DNA from: an uncultured Nitrososphaeraceae archaeon
GTDB taxonomy: Archaea > Thermoproteota > Nitrososphaeria > Nitrososphaerales > Nitrososphaeraceae
Direction: 5' to 3'
DNA: 64,000 nucleotides
Assembly: GCA_963837175.1 (NCBI GenBank)
Contig: CAWIMJ010000021.1
Coordinates: 11,901 to 75,900, forward strand
Positions 50,261 to 61,391 of the stretch are shown piece by piece; within the stretch, counting starts at the first letter, position 1, and every line of letters starts with the position of its first letter. Made by a program: the position numbers and the translations under genes. The notes beneath the pieces were generated by a model. It had not been told where the DNA came from. It saw only the letters and a program-made list of their open reading frames with translations, and did not search any database.

Positions 50261-50514
50261 AACTAATTGAGCAAGATCTTCAGAATGTACTCTCAACAGC
50301 TATTTAATATAGAAAGAAGATGGCAATTTATAATTAATAATAGAATATAATTATTATCTTCTTTAAATAAATTAATTTTTGAGATCAGAACATATTTGAT
50401 AGGAGATAAAAAAAATGTATTCCTACTATAGAGTTTTCGAGGTAAATAGTCCTATCAGGTATAGAATCTATTATAATATCTGAGCGCTAATAAAACATTT
50501 TAGGTTGTAAATAA

Positions 50515-51210
50515 GGCACTGTTCAGTTAACGGATAGATCTATAGCTAAAAACATCCTATTATACCCATAATGGCTATATTCAAGGAAAGAAGTAGGACC
50601 TCTTCAAAGTATATTTATTACGCATTACAGCTATACTCTTCAGGGCTATCACTCAGGAAAACGTCTGAAAGATTAACTGCGGTACGTATCAAAAGAAATC
50701 ATGTCTCTATCTGGAATTGGATTCAACGATACAAACCAAAGAGGATATTTCAGGCTAGAAGTACAATATCTGAATTCATAATTGATGAGACATTGATTAA
50801 AGTAGGTAGTGATTATGTATGGATTTGGGTTGCGATTGAGCCAATGAATAAGATGATTCTAGGCATTCGTCTCTCTATAGAGAGAGAAGTATGCTAGTTG
50901 CTGAACAGTTTATAAAATCACTGATTAGAAGATATGGAAAGCACAATATTTCAACAGACGGTGGTACTTGGTACCCACAGGCATGTAGATTTCTAAACAT
51001 TGAACATCACAATCATTCCTCGATTGAAAAAAGCTTCATAGAAAGGACTATACAGTACATAAAGGATAGAACTGAATGTTTTGATGATTATTTTCCTTGT
51101 ACAAGAATTAACTGCAAACTGGAGCACATAGTGAAGTGGTTAATTTTATTTGTAGATATGCATAGCAGAGAGCTCATAATAAAACGAAGAATTGTTAAAT
51201 GAACAGGGCC
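50515..51210 (+). mobile_element. IS6 family insertion sequence (696 bp)
   Basis: TIRs GGCACTGTTCAGTTAAC and (reverse complement) GGCCCTGTTCATTTAAC, 15/17 identical; 8-bp TSD GTAAATAA at 50507-14 and 51211-18. Confidence 0.95.
50571..51202 (+). CDS. IS6 family transposase (one frameshift near 50885)
   Basis: GLSLR, HVSIWNWIQ, IDET, TDGGTWY, IER..KDRT. Confidence 0.9.
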
Positions 51211-51515
51211 GTAAATAAGAACATAAATTATAATAAATATAAATGAATATCTTTTTATTATATTGATATAATTGTTACTACACTATAGATAATATTATTA
51301 TGTTTCTTAAGAAATGACAAACGGCTGAGATCTTTTACAAAAAAATTGAGACTCATAGCCGTTTGCAATAGATTTCCAAAGTTTTGCAGCTATGGTTCAG
51401 CAATCTACATTTTTATTCTAATACTAAACAGTAAAATTACCTTCTGTAAGCGAACTTTCCAAATGCGTGTATTAACATAAATTATATATGTAAAAATCAA
51501 CAATTACGTTATAGA

Positions 51516-51638
51516 TTGACAACTGGTACTAATAACAATACCAACAAAAAAAGAGTAACTAAAAAAGGAATACTACTAACAGCTCTTATTGTAGCAGCGA
51601 TTATCGGAGCAAGTTTTATAGTATATGTTATACCATAG
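51516..51638 (+). CDS. 40-aa single-TM peptide
   Basis: TTG start; MTTGTNNNTNKKRVTKKGILLTALIVAAIIGASFIVYVIP*. Confidence 0.6.
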   Translation: MTTGTNNNTNKKRVTKKGILLTALIVAAIIGASFIVYVIP

Positions 51639-51789
51639 GTATACGAAGTATCCGATTTGATAAGAATCAGATTATTGGCTTTTTTCTATATAGTTGAAGA
51701 TTAGAATACCAAATTAATCATATCTATTAATGTCACTCTCTATTGCCTGAAGAGACAAAGATATATTTCCCTTGTGCAGAAATGCTGTC

Positions 51790-51917
51790 AGCGGGGTGGG
51801 GAAGCCAGTTATCTCTGAGAAGAGAGAGGTTAAGTAATCCCGGCGGGCTCATAACCCGCAGAGCGGTTTCCATCTGCTTAAAGCATTTGGCTGTATGTTC
51901 AAATCAACCCCCCGCTA
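51790..51917 (+). tRNA. Initiator tRNA-Met (CAT) with two introns (51809-51833 and 51869-51896)
   Basis: Acceptor AGCGGGG/CCCCGCT with A1:U72; D-stem GGGA/TCCC; anticodon arm GCGGG-CTCATAA-CCCGC; spliced T-arm GGTTG-TTCAAAT-CAACC; mature length 75 nt. Confidence 0.92.
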
Positions 51918-51943
51918 TTATTTTTAAAAGACATATGGTACTA

Positions 51944-53311
51944 TCATGTGGCAAAAGAAAACCATTTAACAAATAATTTTGAATCTGAGATAAAACTTAG
52001 TGATTTCTTTTCCATTCCATATCTATAGATAGGTTTGGTTAAATGTCTATGTGATTTTGGAGCCGGAAGGTAGAGTCCAATTTCAAGGTTTCTATCTCTT
52101 GCTACATACACTTTCTCTGTATTATGGTCTTTATATCCACATCTATTGCATTGGAATCCTTTATTTTTTCCCTCTGATTTCATTCTCTTTCCGCAATCTT
52201 TACATAAAGGATTGCTTATATCATAAGTTTGAACAAGTTTCAAAATAGAAAGATACTCTATGTTCAAAATTTTTGCATATTTCGATGTTGCTTTCCTAAC
52301 TCCGCATCCAATTCTAACTAAATCTCCTGGTTCCAACTGGGATGCAATATTTGTTAAACATGTTGGCTCATATATTGCAGCAGAAAAAATGACACCAGTA
52401 AAATCCTCAACCGTGAATAAGACGTGCCCTCCTTTGATTATAAGAGGCTTAGTTTTTATTTTGCATCGCACATGACCTGCCATGTAAGCTTTGACCTTTG
52501 ATAGTTTTAACTCATTTTTCAAATGCATATCCGTTCCTTGGTTTGAGCGGAAAACCATATACCCTTCCAATTTCTCTTCTGGTTGTAACGTTTCTAATGA
52601 TGATACAACCGCTTCTGGATTTTCACCTCTTATACCACAAAAAACAGGATCCGGCCCATGTGGAGCAATTAAAATGCGTTTGTGATATTGATCATAATTG
52701 TTGAAAGTGTTAGGAAATGTATATTTGCTATATTCTATTACTTTGGAAATATTTAGTATCCTACGAGTCCCGCAATTTTCTGGTTTTCTGTATGCTATTG
52801 CTTCAAACGTATGGTCGCCATGTAACAAACAACCGATCGCAGCTAGTGAGCCTACTAGACCTTGACCGTTTCCAAAAGTGAAATACTTAATTCCATATTT
52901 TTTCGCCAGAGTTTCTGCTTTTTGTTTACTTAAACTGTCATACATAGCAATATTACTAAATTCCTGTATATCTTCTGGGACTTGTTCTCTATCATAAAAT
53001 GCAAGACCAGGATTTGCTCCTGAGTATATTGATGATCCTTCTTCTACGAGTTGTTTTATACTTTCCATAATTTGTTCATGATTTTTTGCCTTAATTCTAA
53101 GGCAAACAGCACCGTTACCACGTGTTTTCCAAGGAACATTTGGGTTTAATCTTATAAGTAGTGGATAATCAAGAAAGTCTGTTTTTTTTTCCCTCAGCAA
53201 ATAGTCTGTAATTTTAAATGCCAAGTGAGTAGTGCATCTGCCCTTCAAAGAGTCAGTATCATCAAATCCAATATGTAAAATCTGAGAAGGTCCAGTACTC
53301 TTGGTAGTCAT
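51944..53311 (-). CDS. tiaS: tRNA(Ile2) 2-agmatinylcytidine synthetase
   Basis: IGFDDTDS, CTTH, LIRLNPNVPWKTRGNG, PHGPDPV..GIRG, SNQGTD, OB fold, C-terminal Zn ribbon, RHLTKP. Confidence 0.97.
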   Translation of the reverse strand: MTTKSTGPSQILHIGFDDTDSLKGRCTTHLAFKITDYLLREKKTDFLDYPLLIRLNPNVPWKTRGNGAVCLRIKAKNHEQIMESIKQLVEEGSSIYSGANPGLAFYDREQVPEDIQEFSNIAMYDSLSKQKAETLAKKYGIKYFTFGNGQGLVGSLAAIGCLLHGDHTFEAIAYRKPENCGTRRILNISKVIEYSKYTFPNTFNNYDQYHKRILIAPHGPDPVFCGIRGENPEAVVSSLETLQPEEKLEGYMVFRSNQGTDMHLKNELKLSKVKAYMAGHVRCKIKTKPLIIKGGHVLFTVEDFTGVIFSAAIYEPTCLTNIASQLEPGDLVRIGCGVRKATSKYAKILNIEYLSILKLVQTYDISNPLCKDCGKRMKSEGKNKGFQCNRCGYKDHNTEKVYVARDRNLEIGLYLPAPKSHRHLTKPIYRYGMEKKSLSFISDSKLFVKWFSFAT

Positions 53312-54377
53312 TGTGTCAAATAATCAAATACATGCTACAAATATTAACTATAAGCGATAAGTGGCAAATTCTGTTTATATTTTAGTAGCATATGTTAAAT
53401 GCTACACACTCTTTTTATTACTCTTGCCATCAAAAAATTATTTTAGTGTATTTATATATTCTGAGGAGTTCTCACCTATGATTGGTTGAAATTTAGCTAA
53501 GTCACATTTGCCATGACCAAAAAGAAGTAAAAAATGAGGAGGTTGATTATAACTTGATAATATATGCAAGAAGTAAGGTTTTGTTTTAGGTTAAAGAATG
53601 CTATATGTCCATGCTAAACTTACAGGATACAAAGGCAGTGAAGGTAGTGAAACATACAGATAATGACTAACCTTATAATAAACAATATTACAATCCTGCT
53701 GTAAGCAGTAGCGCAACGACTACTACTTTGGACTTCAACAGAATTAGAAATAACAGTAAATCGTCACAATATGACAATGACATTGCAATTGAAAATAATA
53801 TTGGAAGCAAAATCATCTTCTATAGTCCCTTCATCGTCTTCGCTATTGTTAGAATATGAAGTAAACAAGACAAACATCCATTGCATAGGAAACACACAGA
53901 CACTTGGACTTGTAGGAACGGTAAGTACTGATAGAAGATAAATTGCATATGCAAGTCAATCCTTTAGCTCAGATGCTCTAGAGCAGCCACAGTGTGTCAT
54001 CATAGAGTTGAGCAATTCTCCTCTAAGATAGATGCCATACCTTTCTGTATATGATATATTATTGTTCATGTATGAGAAAAGTCTAACTAGAGTTTGTAAT
54101 AGTATTGACAGCATTTATAGTTATGTGGATCGCCAATAACAATGGTAATATCTCAAGCAGCATATGTAATTCAGGGCGAAGGGAATCAATCTTCATCAGG
54201 TGCTAATTGCATCTGATCAACTCCCTGCAAGTATAAACGGAACGATACAATGTATGTGACAAAGATAATGTTACTCAGAAGGCTTTGAGGGGAAAGGAAG
54301 TTGGTGGTGGCATATAACCATCATCAGATGACATGATGACGACGACAAACAAGGGTCAATGCTATTGGATTTTGTTA

Positions 54378-54980
54378 TTAACTGTATAGAATCTCAAACG
54401 AATCAATCATCTTTTGTACAGGTGGAAGGTAATCATAGTATCTGGTTTCATTTGTAGCATATGTAATGTGATATGCTTTATCGTCTTTTATCGTCCAGAC
54501 TTGCATTATCTTTTGTCCTTCACTATTAATATAGACTAGCTTGTGTGCACGAGTATTATTATCACCTTTAAGAGTAATTGTGTTTGATTCAAGAACACTG
54601 GCCTGTTTTCTTATGAAGTTAATCTGTGCATCAGAATATTGATCTAGTGTTATACTCTGAGAATTCAATAAATTTTGTATTCCTACACTAAGGGCTGCCG
54701 GGGGAGATCTATATAAAGCGCTTTCTTTAGGTGAGAGGTATCCAACGATGATATTAAAATTATTTGTTTGAGAAAAGTGACCAGGTTCTACCTTTTTCCA
54801 ATCAGAAGGATACTGCATCAATATTCCATAAATAGAATTTACATAGGTCTTGAAACTAATGTTATTTATTTGCGCTAATACATTTTGTTGATGTATAATG
54901 ATAATAGGATTATTAGCAGCAACTGATAAAATTGAAATACTTATTATCGTCATAAAGGCAAACAGAATTAGTTTATTCAT
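54378..54980 (-). CDS. Secreted PsbP-like protein
   Basis: FKTYVNSIYGILMQYPSDW, KAYHITY, VQKMIDSFEI; paralog of 23655..24248. Confidence 0.85.
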   Translation of the reverse strand: MNKLILFAFMTIISISILSVAANNPIIIIHQQNVLAQINNISFKTYVNSIYGILMQYPSDWKKVEPGHFSQTNNFNIIVGYLSPKESALYRSPPAALSVGIQNLLNSQSITLDQYSDAQINFIRKQASVLESNTITLKGDNNTRAHKLVYINSEGQKIMQVWTIKDDKAYHITYATNETRYYDYLPPVQKMIDSFEILYS

Positions 54981-55232
54981 ATATACAATGATCTAGTAAT
55001 TAATAGTAAGTAATTAAAATTTTCTAAAAAAGTTGTTAGAGCTTTGCAACATCATTTGAAGAAACCATTAGTTGATCGGTAACTACTTCAGAATAGCCAT
55101 CTTTGGCATTCACGTCTATATTCAGTTGATATAATGTTTAGTAATGGGCACAAGAATTGCCTGAATGCATTCTAATGGATGAAAACATTGAAGGTCGGAT
55201 AATGGTACATTAAAGTACTAAACGAAGGAGTT

Positions 55233-55472
55233 TTGAAAATTCCTTTTGAACTATATAGTTCATCTAATAATTCACTGTATAGACAACTAGAAAATAACAT
55301 GTCAGAAGCATTGAAACAGATGGTACAAAATACAATACTGTCATCAGAGTTTGCTAAGGTGATTCTACAAGCAGTTCCATTAGATAATGCTGAGTTCGGA
55401 TGTGTAGGAAAAAGATGCTACTATGCCATAGAAGCAAGATGAAGTATGTATTACAAGGAATTTCAAAACTTA
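55233..55472 (+). pseudogene. Hypothetical protein fragment
   Basis: 69-aa ORF with an apparent continuation VGKDATMP*KQDEVCITRNFKT in another frame. Confidence 0.35.
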
Positions 55473-56071
55473 ATGAAGAAACAGTTTATCTTTCATATTT
55501 ATATTACATAATGTAGAATTAAGGATGAAACTTAATTCTTTTATGGTAAAGACACACATATTAAAAAAAAGAAGGGAAAGAATACCGAGGACAAAACTTC
55601 AATTATATAGTTTATTAGAAAAATGGAATAAGTCTGTCTATTACAATATATTGAATAAAAGAGAAAAAATATTTGTCTGATTTCTACAGAAGCTATATTG
55701 AATCATATACTTAAATCTTATATGTAAGTGGATTCAGTTAACAAATTCAAATTGCCTGAATAGAAACTTTAATTGCTTAAGAAATAAAAAATAAGTTAGC
55801 TACCATCTATTAGTATCAATTTTATAATCCAGTGGAATTTTGAAGTCTCGGTTCGAGTTCCATTTCCAATAGGCTTCATAATTCACTTACAAGAAAAGCT
55901 GTAAACAATCTTTTTCCGAATACTTACTCTCAACTTTCAATTCTCAATTAATCTCATAATATAAATAGAAGTAGGTGGGATTATGTTCACATATATAGAA
56001 GGGTTCTGTTTATTTCTATTTAGCTTACTTCATAGCATTAAAATTATACAATATAGACACTAATAATGATT

Positions 56072-56371
56072 CTAATCAATGACTTTTATCTTTCTTATTC
56101 CAACTGGATTAACTAAATAAAATTCATCTGTTATTTGAATAACATCTCCTGGCGATATTCTGTAATGGCTTCTCCGTTCCTTTAATGGTATACCAAATGG
56201 TTTTTTGTCTTCTCTAAATTTTAACCAAACTCTACCTGCATTGAGAATATTCTTAAACTCACATTCCCAGACTAAATCATAAATAGTATCTAATGCCTGT
56301 CTACTAAATTCATTGCCTTTCAGAATAATTTCAATATCAGGCTCTTTGCAGAAATAGACTCTTACTTTCAT
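56072..56371 (-). CDS. Hypothetical protein (YodL-like)
   Basis: 99 aa; ISPGDVIQI...YLVNPVG resembles the YodL C-terminal motif. Confidence 0.6.
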   Translation of the reverse strand: MKVRVYFCKEPDIEIILKGNEFSRQALDTIYDLVWECEFKNILNAGRVWLKFREDKKPFGIPLKERRSHYRISPGDVIQITDEFYLVNPVGIRKIKVID

Positions 56372-56697
56372 GGACTTTTATTTGTCCAACAGCTGTAGAT
56401 AAGTTCATTGTGTTGCAATTAGGTTCTTTGATCTGATGTTATGTATATACCTAAAGCTAGTGCATATTAAAGTTATTTGCAATACATATCCACCTACAAA
56501 TTAGCACAATTGTATTTACAAAGTTTGAAAAAGTCATCAAGAGATGAATGTTCGGCAGCAGCCAAAAATAAATTAAAGCTTTATTACATTGCAAAGTAAG
56601 TGTGGTGTCTTTACATACATACTTTTACCTCTCAGCAGCAACTATCACACTCATTTATGAGTTTGGAGGAGGAGCAGGAGGTGTTCTTTGATTAATT

Positions 56698-57240
56698 GTG
56701 AAAGATGATCTCAAAGGAAATACTGATAAGGTGCTACGCTTTATTCAGCAAAAGCCAGGATGTCATCTACGGCAGATCCAAAAGCAGTTAGATATATCGG
56801 GTAGGATCTGTTCAATACCAATTATCCCGACTAGAAGAAATGCGGAAGATAACTTCAGCTAGACAAGGCTCGTATAAATTTTATTTTCCTTACGGGATTT
56901 TTAAGGATAATGAAAAAAATATATTGCAAGTATTAAGCCAAGAAACTGCAAGAAAAATACTGATGTTTATTATTGAGCGAAATAATCCAACTCATACAGA
57001 TATCGTAAACAGCATTGGAATATCAGCAGCATCTGTAAACTGGCATGTCAGACGCTTAATTGCTCTTAAAATAATATATGAGATTAGATTAGAGACGGAA
57101 GGTACAAGAGATATCAACTTCCTGATAGTGCTGATTCCAAATACATAGTGGTATTGTTGAAGAATTATTATCCTGACATTTGGGATAAGTGGAGTAATAG
57201 ACTAGCTGAAATATTTCTGTCATTATCTAGGGGAGATTAA
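56698..57240 (+). CDS. Double winged-helix transcriptional regulator (two frameshifts)
   Basis: GTG start; VLRFIQQKPGCHLRQI / GSVQYQLSRLE...RKILMFI...ASVNWHVRRL / KRYQL...YYPDIWDKWSNRLAE. Confidence 0.75.
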
Positions 57241-57256
57241 CAACAGAAGAGATATA

Positions 57257-57584
57257 TTGATTATTTTTGGATCATTTCTCTTTCTTCTTCTTGAGGTTGA
57301 ACTAATTGACTCTGTAGAAGGCATGATTTATGTAAGCAGTACGACACTCTCCCTTCTTTTGTTGGCACTATCCATTTCTGCTTATAGAAATACAGATTTA
57401 AAGAAGAGAAAAGAAAATAAAATACGTCATAGCGGCATTTGCTCTATTTACTGCCTTTTTATTTTATGAACATTTGGAAAATATCTTTAAATTTTTAAGT
57501 GGATCTTATAGTGATTTAGTAGTACCTTCAATGACATTTGGTATTCTAATCTTATTCTTTTTAGCAATAATTAGGAAAAGTTAG
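57257..57584 (+). CDS. Small three-TM membrane protein (frameshifted)
   Basis: LLLALSISAYRNT then YVIAAFALFTAFLFYE...GILILFFLAIIRKS* in another frame; follows the wHTH gene. Confidence 0.65.
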
Positions 57585-58031
57585 TTTAAAATGAATAATC
57601 AGTTATTGGATATTTTATTTTTAGACATATTTGCTTATCAGATATTTAAGAACATAATATAATTTCTAATAAGCAGTTTGCAATTAGAACATCTCTTCAT
57701 GTAGTAGTTTAAAAATTGAAATCCATTTATTATTGTCTTCTTTGACAGCACATGCTGCCTAATTCTGTCTGACTATTCCTCTGTGTTATTATTTCTAGGT
57801 TTTGCAGTAACTGTTGTATGATACAAAATATGAACAAAGGCAATAATAAATGGAAAAGTATTATGTGCTTAGAGAACCTATTATTTATTTCCGCTCCATG
57901 TTTGAGTAGTATAAACAAAAGCCATACAATCAGCTGGCTTTTGGAAAGTTGCTATAATAAAGGCATTTTAATGGGACACATAGTTAAAGAAAGGTAAGGT
58001 ATTCTTCTGCTTCTAGTATTTACTTATAAGT

Positions 58032-59276
58032 CTACTGTGCTTCAACCTGATCATTTGAAGATGGGATAATTCTATAAATTATCCCATCTTCAAATGACAG
58101 TATGTATAAAAAACCATCTGGACCAGTTGTTATATCAGTTATGCTGCCAAAGCCAGACCCAAAAATAATTGCTGATAATTCCTTTTCATTGTCAACTATA
58201 AGATCTAGTAGACCTGTTTGACTAGTGTCAAACTTTAGCCCAGTCCTATTTTCGTTAACTTCCAGATAATATATATTACCATTGTTGTTGTCGCCAACGA
58301 AAATGTTATTTGCATATTTATCTCCAAATTTTGAGGAATGTAAGAACTCTATGTCTGTAACTGCAGGGGGAGTTTTCCAGCTGAATACAGGATCAATATA
58401 CTGCGATCCTTGGAAATTTACCAGTTCATCTTCAGTGTGGCCGCTTCTAGAAATTGGACCCATAACTGTTTGCCATCCACTATTAAAACCTGGTCTGACC
58501 AGATTAATTTCATCATACTCACTCGGTCCATTTTCGGTGTCCCACAACATATTTGTAACGGGATCTATTGTTATTCCGAAACTATTTCTGATACCATATG
58601 CATAATATCTGTTTAATACACTGTTGCCACTATTTACAAAAGGATTGTTAGGAGCTGCTAAACCATCATTCGGATTTAATTTGAATATGACTCCAGTATC
58701 ATCAGGCTCTGGCCCATCTAGAAAATTCTGAAGCTTGCCATCATGATTCAGATCTCCTATTATTACATAAAGATAATGATCAGGTCCTATTATTAATTTT
58801 CCTGCATTATGATTTGGGCCGGGTATCGCAGGAAGATCTAGAATTAAAGTAGCATTGACAAGAGATTCTCCATTCCAATTATATCGATATACTCTATTTC
58901 TTAATGTTTGACCGTTTTCAGTAAAATAAAGGAATACGGTATCATCGCCTAGAATAGCAATTCCTAATAATCCACGTTCACTCTGTATATCAACTGGTAC
59001 ATTTAACACTGGCTGCTCTTGTAGAATACCATTGGAAATAAGACGTACTGAGCCACTCTTTTCCAAAACTAAAATATTATTATTATCTATAAAGGCCATA
59101 CTTGTAGGAGAAGATAATCCTTCAGTAACTATCTCTGCCCTTATGTTAGGCTCGTTGATAACCGGCTGTGCACCAGCGTAATCAAAATATCCAATATATA
59201 TAAAAGACAGAATAGTGATCAAGAATACTGCGTCAGTTTTGAAAAAGTTGAAGATGTTTCTCATAACTGATATCAA
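58032..59276 (-). CDS. PQQ-dependent sugar dehydrogenase (GSDH family)
   Basis: PTSMAF, ERGLLG, NHNAG, YGIRNSFG, ENGP..DEIN, GPDG. Confidence 0.93.
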   Translation of the reverse strand: MISVMRNIFNFFKTDAVFLITILSFIYIGYFDYAGAQPVINEPNIRAEIVTEGLSSPTSMAFIDNNNILVLEKSGSVRLISNGILQEQPVLNVPVDIQSERGLLGIAILGDDTVFLYFTENGQTLRNRVYRYNWNGESLVNATLILDLPAIPGPNHNAGKLIIGPDHYLYVIIGDLNHDGKLQNFLDGPEPDDTGVIFKLNPNDGLAAPNNPFVNSGNSVLNRYYAYGIRNSFGITIDPVTNMLWDTENGPSEYDEINLVRPGFNSGWQTVMGPISRSGHTEDELVNFQGSQYIDPVFSWKTPPAVTDIEFLHSSKFGDKYANNIFVGDNNNGNIYYLEVNENRTGLKFDTSQTGLLDLIVDNEKELSAIIFGSGFGSITDITTGPDGFLYILSFEDGIIYRIIPSSNDQVEAQ

Positions 59277-59486
59277 GTTATTATCTGATCCTCTTTCTAC
59301 TTTATAGTTATCTAAATCTTATTGTTTATTATCTATTTCTGACTATAACCAAAGATAACAGTGTTTCCCCACCCCTCTGGTACTCGCTAGAGCATCACAA
59401 GTCCAAAACATCTATAGTTTAAGGGGTTATAATGGCTAGGCGCGTAATACTAATCGACTACAATATATATGAAAATCTCCCTTTAT

Positions 59487-60029
59487 CTATCCATAACTTG
59501 AATATCTATTCCTCAAATTATCACGTAATTTGAAGGTTAGTTTTTCAGCAACTTGCTTTTGATATTCATTAGAATTCACTGGATTTCTATGTGTAAAGAC
59601 AACTGGTCCATATACATAATTCTTTCCGCTCACTGGTCTTACGGTTTCAAGCGAACTGAGAATTGAATTAAGATAATTATTACCATAAGATTCTTTATGA
59701 GCATTCATATGTTGTTCCTCATTTAGATTCTTTAAAATATTCATTATTGTAGGTGGTTCAAGCTTTCTGTATCCAAAGGGCAAAGGACTACTACTGATCC
59801 TCTTTTCTATCTTTGTGGAGTCTAAGTCTACCTTTGTCCCAATTACTAATGGTAATGGTTTATAAATTGAGTCAATCTTGAGTTGCCATACCTCATCAGT
59901 ATTCGAAATTGTAGCATCGAAGAATCCGTCCTGTAACGAAGTGGAGATAATAAAATTCCAGTTTTTTGGATTTGATGTGTATTTTTCAAATAGATATTTG
60001 GCAAGATTTTTATCCTGTAAAATTTCCAT
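59487..60029 (-). CDS. Hypothetical protein
   Basis: 180-aa ORF, WQLKIDSIYKP motif. Confidence 0.75.
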   Translation of the reverse strand: MEILQDKNLAKYLFEKYTSNPKNWNFIISTSLQDGFFDATISNTDEVWQLKIDSIYKPLPLVIGTKVDLDSTKIEKRISSSPLPFGYRKLEPPTIMNILKNLNEEQHMNAHKESYGNNYLNSILSSLETVRPVSGKNYVYGPVVFTHRNPVNSNEYQKQVAEKLTFKLRDNLRNRYSSYG

Positions 60030-60272
60030 GTCCGTATAACAACATAGAATGAATTAGGACAATATATGTATTGCAGTATTTGTTTGCCTGTTAGCATATC
60101 GTTAACTTAGATGGCCGCAGAACTGAGAGCAGAGAAAAAATATAGAAAGAATAAGAAGTCTTACACCAGCAGAATTTACAAGTCATGTACTATGTTAGTT
60201 GCGTTACATATAAAAAATTATTTAAAAAGTATTTATCTGTCTTTTTGTTATATTGTCAAAAAGTAAGTAAGG

Positions 60273-60590
60273 CTACTGACCTAATATTTTTTTATGCTCA
60301 ACGTTGTTGCGCTTTCTCGATTCTCTATAAATCCATAGCAATGTGGATAACGTGTATACTGGAATAAAGTCGCCGACAAAAGGTATAAATTCAATTGTAT
60401 TTATCGCCGAAGATACTTTACTTCTTGTTATCGAAAACAATATACTAGTTACAATAACATCAAATATGTCTCCAATTATAGGGGTACTGAAAATCGGAGC
60501 TGCAATGAAATCAACGGCATCGGCTATTAAGGATATCCCAAGAGCAGTAATAGATCGGTAGTTAAAAGAGGCAGGTATTAATATTTGCAT
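60273..60590 (-). CDS. Small membrane protein
   Basis: PIIGDIFD and EFIPFVGDFIPVYT motifs. Confidence 0.7.
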   Translation of the reverse strand: MQILIPASFNYRSITALGISLIADAVDFIAAPIFSTPIIGDIFDVIVTSILFSITRSKVSSAINTIEFIPFVGDFIPVYTLSTLLWIYRESRKRNNVEHKKILGQ

Positions 60591-61391
60591 GAAATATATG
60601 TACACAATATATAATATATATTTATCACTAGTGATATTCCTTTAAATCTTAAACAAGTAGTAATTTGGAAGACTGTATAGCTATATTATAAGATAAAGAG
60701 ATACATGTATTACTATATCCTTCCTTTGAATTTTGCAAACCGATTTTGTCTCGCTTTTTTCATTTCTAAAATACCATAACATGCTTACACTACTAAGGTA
60801 TAGGAAAAAGACAATTCTATACAATAACAGTTTTTCATAGAATATAAGGTTAAATCAATATAATGGAATTCATTTTAATAATAATGCTTCTGATTCATAC
60901 TCTCTATTGAGCTTTCTAGAATTATATTACAAATTTTCATTAATCCTTTCAATTTTTTCTAAATCGTAAATGTCCTTCAGTTATATAGGTATGTTATAGT
61001 TAGAGTTAGCGATAACTTGTAAATAAATTAGAACATATCATATATATTTATAATAATCTGTATCTTAGGTGAAATGATTTTTTAGAGACAGAAAGAATTG
61101 CCAAATCCCGTATAGCACTACTGAGTTATTTTCTGACTATATCTTATACCCATTGTTTGTGATTCACAGATTTATGTGCATTTTTTTCTATAATTTCTCT
61201 CAAATAGACTATACAACGAGCGATCGTTGGTTATGTGCTGTAATAACAAGTAGCAAAAATCTGCCAATATGGATATTTCTCTCCAACTATTTTACAAGAA
61301 ATCATTATTATTATTACTATGATCAAGCAAGAATATTTGGCACCTGCTAAGCTCGAATTAATAAATATAATAAACAACAATAGTTATTGAC

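Noticed and set aside
51790-51917. Calling the CAT tRNA as tRNA-Ile2 because tiaS is adjacent
   Set aside because: A1:U72 and the GGG/CCC anticodon stem are initiator determinants
51743-51976. 77-aa ORF in the track
   Set aside because: Overlaps the intron-containing tRNA-iMet
53650-54340. Coding-like relic region
   Set aside because: Multiple stops in the frames examined and no recognisable motif
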